A DNA stretch of 56,234 bases, filler included, from Malassezia furfur (Eukaryota): the NCBI GenBank assembly GCA_052055015.1. It is 2 parts of 2 records of this genome, joined end to end, with 100 filler letters (N's around TTAATTAATTAA, not from the genome) between each part and the next. Parts side by side here need not be neighbours in the genome. Positions count along the whole stretch, not along the records: positions 28,215 to 56,234 come from JBQJIT010000113.1; 1 more part is not named here. The stretch is one strand, 5' to 3'. Each line of letters begins with the position of its first letter. Position 1 is the first letter of the stretch. Of this stretch, positions 39,488 to 50,888 are shown one piece after another. Position numbers and translations under genes: made by a program. The notes below the pieces were generated by a model. That model saw only the letters and a program-made list of their open reading frames with translations. It had not been told where the DNA came from and searched no databases.

Positions 39488-41345
39488 ATTCTATAGTACA
39501 AGACGCTTGCGTTCGCGCGTCACGCTTGGCGAGCTCAATTTTTGCGCGAACATGGCGCAATCCGAAGGAGTGTGGATCATTGCACAGACGCAGCCACGGC
39601 TGTCCACCAACCTCGGTGCGCTCCAGCCAGCCCGGCGCGATCGACATAAGCATAGCGACCGACGCTTCGCTCTCGGTCCGACTGAGGGCGACCTTGGCTG
39701 AGTTTTCCAACGAGACCAACACATCGACCAATGGTAGTACACGCGACGTCCGCCCATGGCGCGACTGTGCGGGCACATTGGAGGAGACAAACAGCAGATA
39801 GATGGCCTCAGCCATCTCGCTTAGACGCGACAGCATCGAGCGTTCGTGTAGCGTTGGTGCCGCGGATTTTGGTTTCTGCCCATGTCGAGCGGCGTGCATC
39901 GCCTGCTCCTTGGCTCGAATGCGCTCCTCGAGCGACAACTTGGCCGTCGCAGAAGGCACGGGCGCCGGCTCAGCTGCACGCATGTCCCGCGGCACAATCG
40001 GAGCGGCCGGGACAGCAACACGCAGCGTCGGCAGCTTGGCCTCGGCCATAGGCGGCACCGAATCCAGGGCGAAGTCGGGATGCCACGCCGCCAGCTTGGG
40101 CGCTTTTCGCTTGCGCTGTGCACTCTGCGGCGGCGTTGTCGGTAACTCGCGAGCACCGCGGCCCGCTAGAGGCGAGGTCGGCGGCGAGTTCGGAGGCTCG
40201 TGCCGAATGCGCTGCGCGTGCGTCCCGCCCGACCGCGTCGCTGTCGGCGTGAGCAGGCCGTTGGATGTGCGGTAGCCCGTAGGGAGCTTGGGCGTGCTTG
40301 GCGTGTCCGCAGAAGCCAAGGGGGTATCCTGTAAAAACGGCTGTTGTGCAAGCCATCGGTCGTGCGACATGGCCACGAAATGACACAGACGGCGGTGAAA
40401 TTCGGCTCGCCGTTCGTCAACGCCGTTGTTCCACATTGCAAGGTAGCTCATCTCTTCACGTGTCGAGGGCGACGAGGGTGCGCGCAAGCGGTTCGGTGAT
40501 CGCCGCCGTGGGCTTGCCGTATTGCCCGGTGACCCGAACGTCACAGTCGGCGACACGACAGTTTTGGGCTCGTAGAGCTGCATTTCGATCCCGATACCGT
40601 AGTCAAAGATGCGCTTGTGGGTGTGTAAGTCGATGGTGCGTGCACGCGATACGACAAAACCCATGCCGCCCGCTTCCATGGGCGGAGGCGCCGGGGACGA
40701 CGGCATAGGGGTATCAGACCCAGGCGCATGCGACCAAACCCACACGAGTCGTTTGAAGTCAGCCATGGTAAACGTGCGCCGCAGTGTGCGTTCCACCATT
40801 GGCCGTAGGGTATGAAAGTGGATCACGTTGGCGATCCGCAAGCGCCGTGCAAGGCCATCATCGTGTGCCTCGGCGGCCGGGGCTCCCGATGTCGCCATAT
40901 GTACAAGGATGCTTTGTTCCACGGCGACATGCACGTCAAGGAGGAATTGTAAATGTTGTGGAAGTGGAAGTGCATCGTCAAACTCGTAGTGCGTCTCGCT
41001 GCGCATTTCCTTCGCAACGAAGCGTTCTCGGTCTAGTTCTTCCTCGGAGTGGAACTTGGGCAAGTTCGATTTCCGTGGAGACGCCCGTTCCACGAGCCGC
41101 GCTGTACTTCCCCCCAGCTCGAGCTTGACCGGCGGCCCAAGAGCGTCGGTGAACGGAACGGCACGCCGCTTGGCATGGCTGCGTGAGTCGTTGCGCACGT
41201 ACGATTCGCGCACTGACTTGGGCGTGAGGAAGAGCTCCTCGTCACTGTCTTCACGTCTACGTACTAGCGGGCCTCTATCCTCGTCCAACGCAGGGTTGAC
41301 TCTCGTCCCTGCGTCGCGACCCGCTAGCAGTGCCCACTCGGTCAT
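39480..41345 (-). CDS. CDT1: Replication licensing factor Cdt1-like
   Basis: LPLPQHLQFLLDVH.AVE, LRPMVERTLRR.F...FKRLVWVW, WHPDFALDSVP, SLEERIRAKE, LS..E...L..IAPGW; start uncertain. Confidence 0.75.
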   Translation of the reverse strand: MTEWALLAGRDAGTRVNPALDEDRGPLVRRREDSDEELFLTPKSVRESYVRNDSRSHAKRRAVPFTDALGPPVKLELGGSTARLVERASPRKSNLPKFHSEEELDRERFVAKEMRSETHYEFDDALPLPQHLQFLLDVHVAVEQSILVHMATSGAPAAEAHDDGLARRLRIANVIHFHTLRPMVERTLRRTFTMADFKRLVWVWSHAPGSDTPMPSSPAPPPMEAGGMGFVVSRARTIDLHTHKRIFDYGIGIEMQLYEPKTVVSPTVTFGSPGNTASPRRRSPNRLRAPSSPSTREEMSYLAMWNNGVDERRAEFHRRLCHFVAMSHDRWLAQQPFLQDTPLASADTPSTPKLPTGYRTSNGLLTPTATRSGGTHAQRIRHEPPNSPPTSPLAGRGARELPTTPPQSAQRKRKAPKLAAWHPDFALDSVPPMAEAKLPTLRVAVPAAPIVPRDMRAAEPAPVPSATAKLSLEERIRAKEQAMHAARHGQKPKSAAPTLHERSMLSRLSEMAEAIYLLFVSSNVPAQSRHGRTSRVLPLVDVLVSLENSAKVALSRTESEASVAMLMSIAPGWLERTEVGGQPWLRLCNDPHSFGLRHVRAKIELAKRDARTQASCTIEST

Positions 41346-41423
41346 CGTGGTCGCAACTGCACGGCCGGCCCCGGCGAGCTGCAAGGATGCGCCGCGTAAA
41401 TGAGTGTGCATCGGCCGAGAGGA

Positions 41424-43666
41424 TCAGGGGTCGTCGAGGGGCAGGGACAGCGCGGTTCTGGGTCAGCAAGACACACACCTCCACTGCATTGCGCTCGCGG
41501 CGCTAGGCGCACTCAGTAGGCACGCCGTGTTGTTTGTGTATAGGCCCAGCACGTGTTTTTGGGGGTCGTCCACCATGGCAGGATAGACGTGAACGCCACA
41601 CAGATAGACGTTTAAAATCACATCGCAGCCCCCAGGTTTTATACGCGCAATCAGGAAAGGGCTGTGTTAACAAAGGATCGTACGGGCGCAGTTCGAACCA
41701 GGCGTGCAGCCAGGAATTGCTCAATGCATCGCGCTGAATATCCAGCCATCCTTCGACTAAGCAGCGGTCTAGTGTGACCAGCTGTGACTCGGCCGTGTAA
41801 GTAAACGTGCCGGCATTCTCAAGTACACAAGTCCAATGCGCACGGAGCTGTGTGAGCCGATACACTTACCATGGCATAGGCACTCGTTCGTTTTTGCCAA
41901 AACGCCACGAGCGGGTGCAGGTTGGTGCAGGATGCAGGTGGCAGATTCAGGTGCAAAAGCCGCTCTCGTGTTCGGCACACGTTCACAGCATGCATATCTC
42001 TCCGCCATGCCGCCATATAATCAGCGACCAAGGTCAGACCGCGTGGCAAGGGCGTCGTACCCGTATCACCTGGAACCTGCACGGTCCGTGTATCCACGCG
42101 CCACAGATCCTTGGCGCTCACAATGCGCCCGGGAGACAGTGACAAGCTAAAAAACGCATGATGTGCATCTCGCGGAAGGCGTTGCACCTTGTCCCAGAAT
42201 ACATCTTCGACGTTGGGTACTTGCTGCCGTGGTGCAGTCGCCTCCTGAATGCGGAAATGAAGGGGTATCGAGAGAATCAGAGGTTGAGAGTCTTTGATTT
42301 CCACTTCGACATGCAGCACGAGACGGAGGCTGTGCCGCGGCGGGGTAGCTTGCTGCAGAAGCTCCTGGGTCGGGCGCCACAGCGCGAGAACCTCGGCATT
42401 TTGCGACTGGACGCAGCGCTGAAGGGTGCAGTAGTCCGGTTCAGACCGGATTACGGTCCCCAGCCCATCATAGAGCTGTACATCCCCGACTTGTATGCGC
42501 CGGATCCCTTGCCAGGGCAACTCCGCATTCGAATCCGAGTCGAGCGCAACGGCGAGGCATTTGATGCTTGTGTCGTCAATGAGAAAGTAGGGCGTACGGG
42601 CCGATGACTGCTTTACAACCAGCGGTACGCCATTACGGTTCAAGCTAAGCATATGCACCTCGGCACGGACACCGTGGACTGAGCGCAGTCGTCGTTTCCG
42701 CTCGTGGATGCGCGCCTGGCTCGACGGGGGAGTGATGCCCAAAATGGACACTAGGTCCTTACTCGGGAGCCGGAACTGCGACTCTTTCTGCTCGTCTCGT
42801 GCGGCCATCCGGTCAAGGAAGGCGGTTGTGGGGTATGCGAATACGTGAATGGCGGCTGAGCCAAATTGCCAGTGCGCATGCGAACGGTCGGAGCATGGCA
42901 CACGAAGAGTTGCTTGCATCCGCACGTCAGAGCACGGCTGCACTTCCAAAAGGATGGGACGTGTCGCATATGTCTCTGCATTCGGATCGTAAGCCCCTGC
43001 CAATGAATCCAGACGCAACTGAAGGTGCAGCTCGCTAACGTCGTCCACCGTGAGGCCTGTCAGCTCGTCCAAAGTCACACGGCATATGACCCCGTCTTCG
43101 TACGGGCATACATAGGCGATGCCCACGCGGCAGTAGGCCAGGATGCTAAAATCCAGCGACTGAACCGGCATGCGCCACATACGCTGGGTCTGTTGTGCTA
43201 ACGGGAATAGTGGCAAGCGCACAGTTCCAATATGCGAAAACCGTGTTAGATCATTGCCAAACAGTTGGGTATAGATGTCGGTGTGGTGGGCCACCGATGG
43301 TCCCAGCTTGCCAGACCACAGTTTATGCAACGCGCCGACTTGCTCCGTAAGTTTTTCCGTGTCCCAATACAGTATACGGCGCGCCTTACGATGGACGACG
43401 CGCACGAGAGTTTTGGGCACCATTCCAAAGTAGGGATCACTGTGTGATTCGCCTGCCACGCCCCCATGCACCGAGCTTGCTACGTTGCAAGGAAACGGGC
43501 GCTGGATAGCACTTTGGAACTCGACGTGGGCCTCCAGCAAGTTACTGAGCACGTTTGCCTCACGTACCAGGGCCGCGTTGGCCAGCACGGTCTCGGCAGT
43601 ACCTAGCAACGTGATGTCTGCCCATGCCCGCGCCCAGATACTCGCATCGCGACGCTCCAAGGCCAT
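41424..43666 (-). CDS. Diverged kinesin-3 (Unc104/Kin3/KIF1) C-terminal tail protein with PH domain and no motor domain
   Basis: AETVLANAALVREANVLS..VEFQ..I, ILYW..KL, FSHIG..LPL.PL, DLWRVDT....VPG...PRGLTLVADY, then a PH-like block (GWL..NSW..WFELRPPFL..LGLYTNN..LL.A.S...QW) after introns 41848-41869, 41662-41683, 41458-41478. Homology recognised from memory of Unc104/Kin3 tails. Confidence 0.72.
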
Positions 43667-43698
43667 AGACCGTGCTGGCTAGGATCGGATGATCGGGG

Positions 43699-45382
43699 CT
43701 ATGATTTCTCCACACTTTTGGCCTGGGCCTGCTGGACCTGGCCCTGGGCGGAGGTTTCGGCCTCTGGCAGCGCCCGCGCCTCCAGCTCCTCTGTTTCAGG
43801 GAGATTGGCACTGCCCACCGTACGACGCATCTTGCTCTTTGACCATTCATCCACGACACGTTGTAGTTCTTCGTCCTCCCGTTTTTGTTCCTCAAGATCT
43901 AGTTGTCGGAGCTCTTCCTCGATTTTTTCGAGATACCCTTCTTCGTGGGCGCGTTGCACCGGGTTTTCCGGTCGAATAATACCGTCCTTTCCGAGTACCG
44001 ACATCATTTCATAGAACTGCTCGGCGGTCATATCGTCATCGACCGCGTGCATCTTGGTTATGAATTGCTCTTCGTCCTCGTCGTCGATTTCCGCCGGGTT
44101 TCTGCGTTCCTGCATCTCGCGTTCGATCTTCATTTGCTCGCCAATGGTATAAAGGACACCAGCAGATGCGTCAATGCCAAACCGGTTCAGCATGACGCGA
44201 GCTGTGTGAGAGAAGAAACGTACCGTTTTTGTCGCCCATGAGGAACATGGCATTCCCGATCGTGAAGGCCAGAAGGGGGTATTGGTCCGAGGTGAGCATC
44301 TTGGCTAAATGTGGAAGCTTGGGCTTCGTCGGGGGGCGGTCCGGCTTGTCCGTTTCCGCGCGTTCGAAGAAGTACTCCTCCATGATTTCGCGAAGTACGT
44401 TGCTGTGCTCCGACAGGTTCGCAATCAACAGCCAAAGCGGCGAAAGGGCCGACTCAACGGTCATGTCGTAATTGAGTTTGACATCGTTCTGGGAGCCAGT
44501 ATCCGGGTCGACAAACCTCTCGAGCGAGCGCGCGGCGATACTGCAAACCTTTTTGGCGAGTTCAGTAATCCGTACGTAGCGCCCACGGTCGGGTGGCCGA
44601 CAGACGCACATTAGCGATGCCGCATATTGTATGGCGACATCGCCAAGAAAATCGTCCATGACTTTCGCGGCCATAAGGGTGCGGTACGCAAGGAGGTAGA
44701 GTTCTTCCGGACCAGGTTCCTCGGGGTCCATGGCGCTCATTGCCGCACCCAAGGCTATGCTGAGCTCATTTGAAACATTCCACGAATCCTGTGGCGTGTC
44801 TTCCGGGGGTAACAGCCTCCCAATGGCCTTGATCATGATGCGCAGGTTTTTTCGTCGCTCGACCGGCGAGATTGTCGGGACATAGAATGGGCGCGAAAAC
44901 GAGACATTGGCCAAACGAACCGCGCACGACACCGAGTGCAGGGAATCTTTGCTCTCCTTGAGCGCATCAAATACCTCGGACTGGTCAAGGAAGCGGACCA
45001 GCGCACGCATCGTCGACTCGTCCATCTCGTTGGCAAGCTCCTTGTTGTGGACCACGATGTTGTTCATTGCGCGCAGCGCGTACTCCGCCACCTCTGGCTC
45101 TTCTGCATACGGCTTCATCACAGATACATCAGCCATGCGCTTCATCATTGGCGCTGTGACGATCGGCGAGTCGGGCGTCGCATCGCGGCTCAGTCGATGG
45201 ACGGCGCGCACAACTAAACGACGAAGATCCACGTCTTGGATGTCGCCCATGATGTCCTCGGCCAGTTGCTTCGACACCTCTTCGCGCTCCGGTACATTGA
45301 AGTTGTCTTCTGCCAACAGTGACGACAGCGCCGCACGACGCTGCGCCGGGTCGCCCTGGACCTTCGCGTACGTCTTCCACAT
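43699..45382 (-). CDS. RIC8: Ric8/synembryn-like G-alpha GEF/chaperone (diverged)
   Basis: ALRAMNN, LSPL, DRP..KP.L..L.KML, G...SAG.L, DDMTAEQ; 22-nt intron 44202-44223 joins the two ORF-track pieces. Confidence 0.7.
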
Positions 45383-45428
45383 GGCAGTACGAGACACCTC
45401 CACACCCGCGCGCGCTCGGACATGATCG

Positions 45429-48400
45429 ATGGGGGCCACGGATGATCGATGGGTGCCTCCGAGGCAGGCGCAGTGTGCATTCGCACACGCCACTCTCGGC
45501 AACGTGCATCGTATTGAGTGGCGCAAGCTTGCAGCCAAAGATGGCACTAGCGGGGCGATTGACCAGCTCGCACGGGCGGCGCAGCACATGCAGAAGCAAG
45601 CGGCAGCCGCGCGTACCTTTTGCTCGGCGACCAGTGCACCCGCACAGGTGCTTCAGCTGCTTCAGTATGCCTCATTGTATCATCTTGAGTCAAGCGCGGA
45701 AGAGCAAGTGTTGTGGCTTTTTCAGTTGCCCGATGGGCCGTCGATTGTGCCGGACGCGGCCTTGGAGGGACTGGAAGGTATGTGTGCCGCCTGACGCAGT
45801 GCATGAGGCGGGTGAGTATGTCATGCAAAGTGCTACTCAAACCCCCACGTCGGCGCATATGCGCTTCCTTGAGGCAGTGCAGGCGGCCGTCGCCGACGCC
45901 TACGTCGACAGCACCGATCACGCCGTTCGGTGCAGCTCCGGCGTCTTTTTACCCCACGACGCGACGCTCGTGCAGTTCCGCGCTCATACCACCCAGACGA
46001 ACCTCGTGGTGCGCATGGCCATCGAGGCGATGCCTTGGCAGCCGCTTGCGATGGAATACGAGGCGGGCGATACGCCCGTCGCACGGCCAGAAGAAAAGCC
46101 GGTCGTGCTGCTTCCGTCTCTGGCACCCGCGACGTTTCTGGGTGCAGTGCCATACACTTCTACGCCATCAACTACGCGGCTGTCGGACGCACTCAAAGGT
46201 TCCTTGTGTCAGACACGCGCAGATGCCACGGCACTATGTCGAGTACGCGTGCTGGTCCATGCGCCGCCGAGCGCGCTTCCGACCGACGCACTCGACATGG
46301 GTCTCGATTTAGGGCACAGTACGATCTCAGTGACGCTGTCATGGCCCGCGGCTTTGTGTCTGCAGCGTATACCGAGCGCTGCGACGAGCGAAGCCCTTGC
46401 TCCGCTGCGCGAGCAAAGTGTTACGGCATTACTGGAGGCCGCCCGCGCGCCGCCCGCACCGCAATCACCGCCACGCGTACCGCTGCTACCGGATGTACAG
46501 GTGCACGGCCCGGGCGCACCGCTCACCACCAACGAGCTTGATGACGACGTGTTCCAAGGGATTGGGCAGCTGACCGAGGACGACTTTCGCTTCTTTGATG
46601 GCCCAAGCGAGGCACAGACCCCGCACGATGTACCACTCATCCAGGGCCCGGGCACACCCGAGGCGACGGCGCGCGCTGACATCGAGCTCAAGTCAGCATC
46701 CGAGCTCGACGCAGAGCTTCCGTCGGCATCTGAACCAGATGCCGAGGTGGTCACGGCGCCTCTGTCGCAGGGCGCCCCCAGTCCGCCGCCCGTCACAGCG
46801 CTCGCACCACCGCCGCTCCCCGTGCTCAAGTCGTCGAGCCCCGTGTATACCCCCAGCGCGTGGTCGCCCGAGCGCAGCGTGCGCCTCGCGGACAAGTATG
46901 ACGTACACGGCAAATTTTACACACCCACCGCGCTGCGTGACCGCAAGCGCGCCCACTCGTTTGAGGCAGACGAGCGGCGCACCGCAATGCGCCTTTCGCC
47001 GCGTACCTCGACACCACAGAGCACGGTGCTGAGCTCACCCTCGACGCACGTCTCGCCCTCGGACTCGTCTGCTTCGTCGGACGACGAGCCCGATATACCG
47101 CTGACCATGCGCGCTGCACTGCTCTACCGGCTACATACGAGTGCATGGGCGCCGCCGCCCACACCGCCTACGTACGATGCCGCGCCGGCGTCCGAGCTGG
47201 CGCGCCTCGCCTCGGCGGCGCTCGGCCACGTCCACGCGCCGGCCGCGCATGCGGCGCTCCCAGCGTGGGACGCGCTGACTACCCCCTGTGCCGCCGTGCG
47301 TCTCGCCACGCCGCGCCTGCTCGTTGGATGCCAACGCGCGGTTGTCGAAGTGGACGCGAACGCCTTAGACGCCTGGCCAACGCTCGGGCTCGAGCCGGTG
47401 GATGGCCCCAAGCGCATGCATGTCGCCGCCGTGCTCGTCGGCGACGTTGATGCGGCGGCAGTACGCGAGTGGCTCGTGGGGCTGCAGCGCACCTATGCGC
47501 GCCTGCGCATGGGTAAATTGTCGCCGTGCGACGTGTTTGTCTTGCGCAACACTCAGCTCGAGCACACCACGGGGCAGCCCGCGGCACTCGTCGACGCTTT
47601 CCAGGCGGCGTCACCCGCCGACGCACGCGCCGTGCTCGTCGTGTACGCGCCGGACGCAGAGCGTGCCGCCGAACAAACGTACGAAATGTGGTACCGCGCA
47701 CATTCCGTCCTGCCGGTGCCGCGCGCGGCAGTGCAGCCGGCCGCGACGCAACACCCTGCGTACCTCGCGCAACAGGTGCACGCGCTCTACAACGCGGCCG
47801 CACGCGCACACAGCCAGATGCGGCCCACTGCCGCGCTGGCGCCGTCGCACTATGACCCGTGCCGCTACCTGCGGCCGCGATGTGCGCTGCGCCTCGACGC
47901 GTGCGACGGGCCGCACGAGGTGCTGCAGCACGGCGCGGTACTACACCTCGCGTACGAGGTGCGCCCTCGCGCACATGGTGCGTGTGTGCGGGTCGTCGGC
48001 ATCGACGACCGCGCGCAGCGCTCCTTCCTGCACACCTGGCCGGCGACCGAAGCAGAGGCCGACATAGCCCGGGTGTGGGACACAGCATGCTCCGAGATGC
48101 ACGCTGCCGTCGGCGTCGCATGGCACGTCATCGTGAGCCGCGCAGGGCCGATGCCGCCGGGTGAGGTGCGTGCGTGGGCGGCGCTCGACGCGTCTGGTGC
48201 ACTCCGCCGCGGCCAAGGCGCGCTCGACGTGGTCATCGTGTGTGTCGAGCTCGGTGCGCCGCTACTACCATGCGCCGCATTGTACGGTGCATCGCAGGCG
48301 GTGCTCGCCGGCGAGCGCATGGCCATTCTGCAAGACCCGCTCGTTCTCGCGCAGCACACCGCCTATGTCTGCGGCCGCGACGGCGCCGACGCCTGGTCCG

Positions 48401-48573
48401 TGCACCTCGTGCATGTGCTGGCGGCGCACCCCGCGCGACCGGTGGTGTTCGAGGCGTACATGGTCGACGTTGTTATTCACCTCGCCGCGATGCAGCACAT
48501 CACGACGATGCGATGGCCAGCGTCGCGCGCAACGTCGCTGCCATGGCACTTGGCCATTCTAATGTGTTCCTAA
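45429..48573 (+). CDS. MED13: Mediator kinase-module subunit Med13 (compact)
   Basis: VLWLF, PVVLLPSLAPATF, SWPAALC, LTEDDFRFFD, DKY..GKF, LLVG..V..AL..W..LGLEP..GPK, terminal LPWHL; 22-nt intron 45778-45799. Confidence 0.8.
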
Positions 48574-48654
48574 GGGACGCGGTCTGGATGCACACGTGTA
48601 TATAAACTGGGGGAGGGAAAGGGGTGCCCATACAATTCATCTACATCTCACTGT

Positions 48655-50553
48655 CTAGGAGGCCGTGGGGAACAGGTTGAACAGGCCAGCAGCTTCCGAC
48701 ATGCCCTGCGTGTGGTGACCGCCGTTCGAGTAGGTCTGCGTGCGCACATACTCGAGATCCTTCGAGCTGCCCTGAGACACAACCTTGGCGTGCGACGGAC
48801 GCGAAGCGGCGCTGGACGAGCTGTGCTTACCGGTCGAAGTGTGGTGGCCCTTGTTCTTGCGGTTACGGCAGCGGCGCATCGACTTGGTAGTCGTCGTGTT
48901 GCCGCTGTCGCTGCTGCTCAGCGAGCGCTTGCGCGCCGCCGGGTCGCTGCCCAGCGTCGGGGCCGCCGCATCCGTCGCCGTCGAGGCGCTAGTATCGTCC
49001 GTGCTCGCACTGTCCGTGCTGGTCGCGGCGCTGTCGCTCGCACTGTCCGTCGCCGCAGCCGACGAGCTGGGCGCGGCCGACGAGCTGGCGTCGGCCATGT
49101 CCGTGGTAGCCGAGGGCGCCGCCGACGACGACACCGACGAGCTGGCCGAGGTCGCGTCCGACGAGGCATCCGTGCCCGAGGCCGAGGCGCTGCTGCTCTT
49201 GTGGTGCTTGTGGTGCTTCTTGGAGCTGGCCGAAGCACTCGAGGTCGGCGCAGCCGAGCCCGAGGACGACGCCGAGCCGCTCTTGTGGTGCTTGTGGTGC
49301 TTCTTGGCACTGCTCGTCGCCGCCGGCGTGCTCATCGAGCTGGCGTGGTGCTTGTGGTGCTTAGACGAGGTGGCAGCCACCGTCGCCGCCGCCTGGCCAC
49401 GGTGGTGGCCCGTCGACGAGGTGCTGTCCATGTCCGTGCCCGGCACCGAGGTCGAGTAGGTGCCCATCGACTGGATCAGGCGCGACACAGAGGCAGCCTG
49501 CGCGGCATCCAGGCTCATCGTCTGCGTCTGCTGTTGCAGCGAGCTCGCCATGCGCTGGCGGTTCAGGTTGGCAAGCTCCGCAGACGACGGCACCTGGATG
49601 TTGCCGTTCATGTACTGGTTGCCGTTGTTGTTGCTGCTGCTGCTGCCCGTCATCTGCTGCAGCTGCGCCAGCGCCGAGCCCAGCTCGTCAGCCTGCTGCT
49701 CCGTCGAGCTCGAGTCGGTCGTCGACGTCTGCGAGTTGCGGTTCTCGTTCAGGTACGCGTTGAGCGCCGCATTCTGGTCCGAGTTGGAGCTCGTGCCTGA
49801 CAGCGAACGCTTCTCCGAGCCCGAGGTCGAGTTCTGCGGCACAGCTGCGCCGTTCAGAATCGCTTCACGGCCGTGGCGCGTGCCACCGTTGCTCGACGAG
49901 GGGATGCGGCTGCCAAGAATCGTGCTGCTGGACGCGCTGGGCGTAGCCGCACTGCCATGCGCCGAGCCCGAACGCGACGCGTTGTGGTGGGCCGCGCTGC
50001 GGTGCGCCGAGCCGTGGTGGGACGTAGCGCTCTGGCTCGGCGTCGCGCTCTGGGCGTAGGCACTCAGCAGACTCTGCAGCTCGTCGTCCGACATGCTGCC
50101 CTGGCTCGACGCGCCACGGTTCGAAGCGCCGCGGGTCGAAGAGCTCTGGCTCGAGGCACCCTGGCTCATCAGACCGTTGAGGCCCGAGCCCTGGAGCAGC
50201 GAGTCATCGCTCGAGGCACCCTGGTTCGACGACACCTGGCCGGAGGAGCCCTGCTGCACGTTGGCCTGGCGACCAGTCGAGCCGAGACCCAGCACGTCCT
50301 GGGCCGCGGCCGTGGACTGCGCAGCCGGGTTCGCGTACGAGTAGGCATGGCCGTTGTAAATCACCGCATAGCCCACCGGATGCGAAGTCGAACCCGTCGA
50401 CTCGCTCGAGGAGCTGTGGTGGTGATGGTGTTTGTGGTGACTCTTCGACGACGTGGCCTGCACGTTCGCGCTGTCACGCGCCTGGATGGGAGCGGCGTTC
50501 GTAGAGAGCGCCGCGAGGGAGAGGGCAAGCACAATGGCGGTAGAGAACTTCAT
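48655..50553 (-). CDS. Secreted Ser/Ala/His-rich low-complexity protein with dibasic (Kex2-type) sites
   Basis: Signal peptide MKFSTAIVLALSLAALSTNAAP; EKR|SLS and RKR|SLS; repeated (K)KHHKHH; intronless. Confidence 0.85.
   Translation of the reverse strand: MKFSTAIVLALSLAALSTNAAPIQARDSANVQATSSKSHHKHHHHHSSSSESTGSTSHPVGYAVIYNGHAYSYANPAAQSTAAAQDVLGLGSTGRQANVQQGSSGQVSSNQGASSDDSLLQGSGLNGLMSQGASSQSSSTRGASNRGASSQGSMSDDELQSLLSAYAQSATPSQSATSHHGSAHRSAAHHNASRSGSAHGSAATPSASSSTILGSRIPSSSNGGTRHGREAILNGAAVPQNSTSGSEKRSLSGTSSNSDQNAALNAYLNENRNSQTSTTDSSSTEQQADELGSALAQLQQMTGSSSSNNNGNQYMNGNIQVPSSAELANLNRQRMASSLQQQTQTMSLDAAQAASVSRLIQSMGTYSTSVPGTDMDSTSSTGHHRGQAAATVAATSSKHHKHHASSMSTPAATSSAKKHHKHHKSGSASSSGSAAPTSSASASSKKHHKHHKSSSASASGTDASSDATSASSSVSSSAAPSATTDMADASSSAAPSSSAAATDSASDSAATSTDSASTDDTSASTATDAAAPTLGSDPAARKRSLSSSDSGNTTTTKSMRRCRNRKNKGHHTSTGKHSSSSAASRPSHAKVVSQGSSKDLEYVRTQTYSNGGHHTQGMSEAAGLFNLFPTAS
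49195..49362 (-). repeat. Three copies of a coding repeat for (K)KHHKHH
   Basis: + strand gtggtgcttgtggtgctt at ~49201, ~49285 and ~49345. Confidence 0.85.
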
Positions 50554-50888
50554 GGAGACAGGGTGTGTGGGGAAAGAGGTAGTAGATGAGAATACACAGT
50601 CACCAGTACTGTGTGTTTGAGAGCGGGCAAAGGATTTAGCCAAACCAGTTGGCTGGGAGGAGGAGCAGCAGAAAGGGAGCGCGCGGGAGAGGGCAGGAGG
50701 TGCAGAACGTTGGCAGGGTTGTTCACCTCTTTTTATGCATGGACCACGAAATCGGTGCGCGACCTACGTCGGTTCCACGCTAGATTCTACACCAACATCT
50801 ATGCCTCGTTCGTGTCACGGATTGGCTCCATCGGGAAATCTCCACATGGCCCCAGCCTTGGCGTACTGTACAATCTAGGGAGGCGCGG

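Noticed and set aside
43667..43715. Splice fusion of RIC8 to the kinesin tail
   Set aside because: An in-frame GT-AG pair exists, but the donor (GTGTGG) is off-consensus, there is no CTRAC-like branch, and 41 nt exceeds every other intron here.
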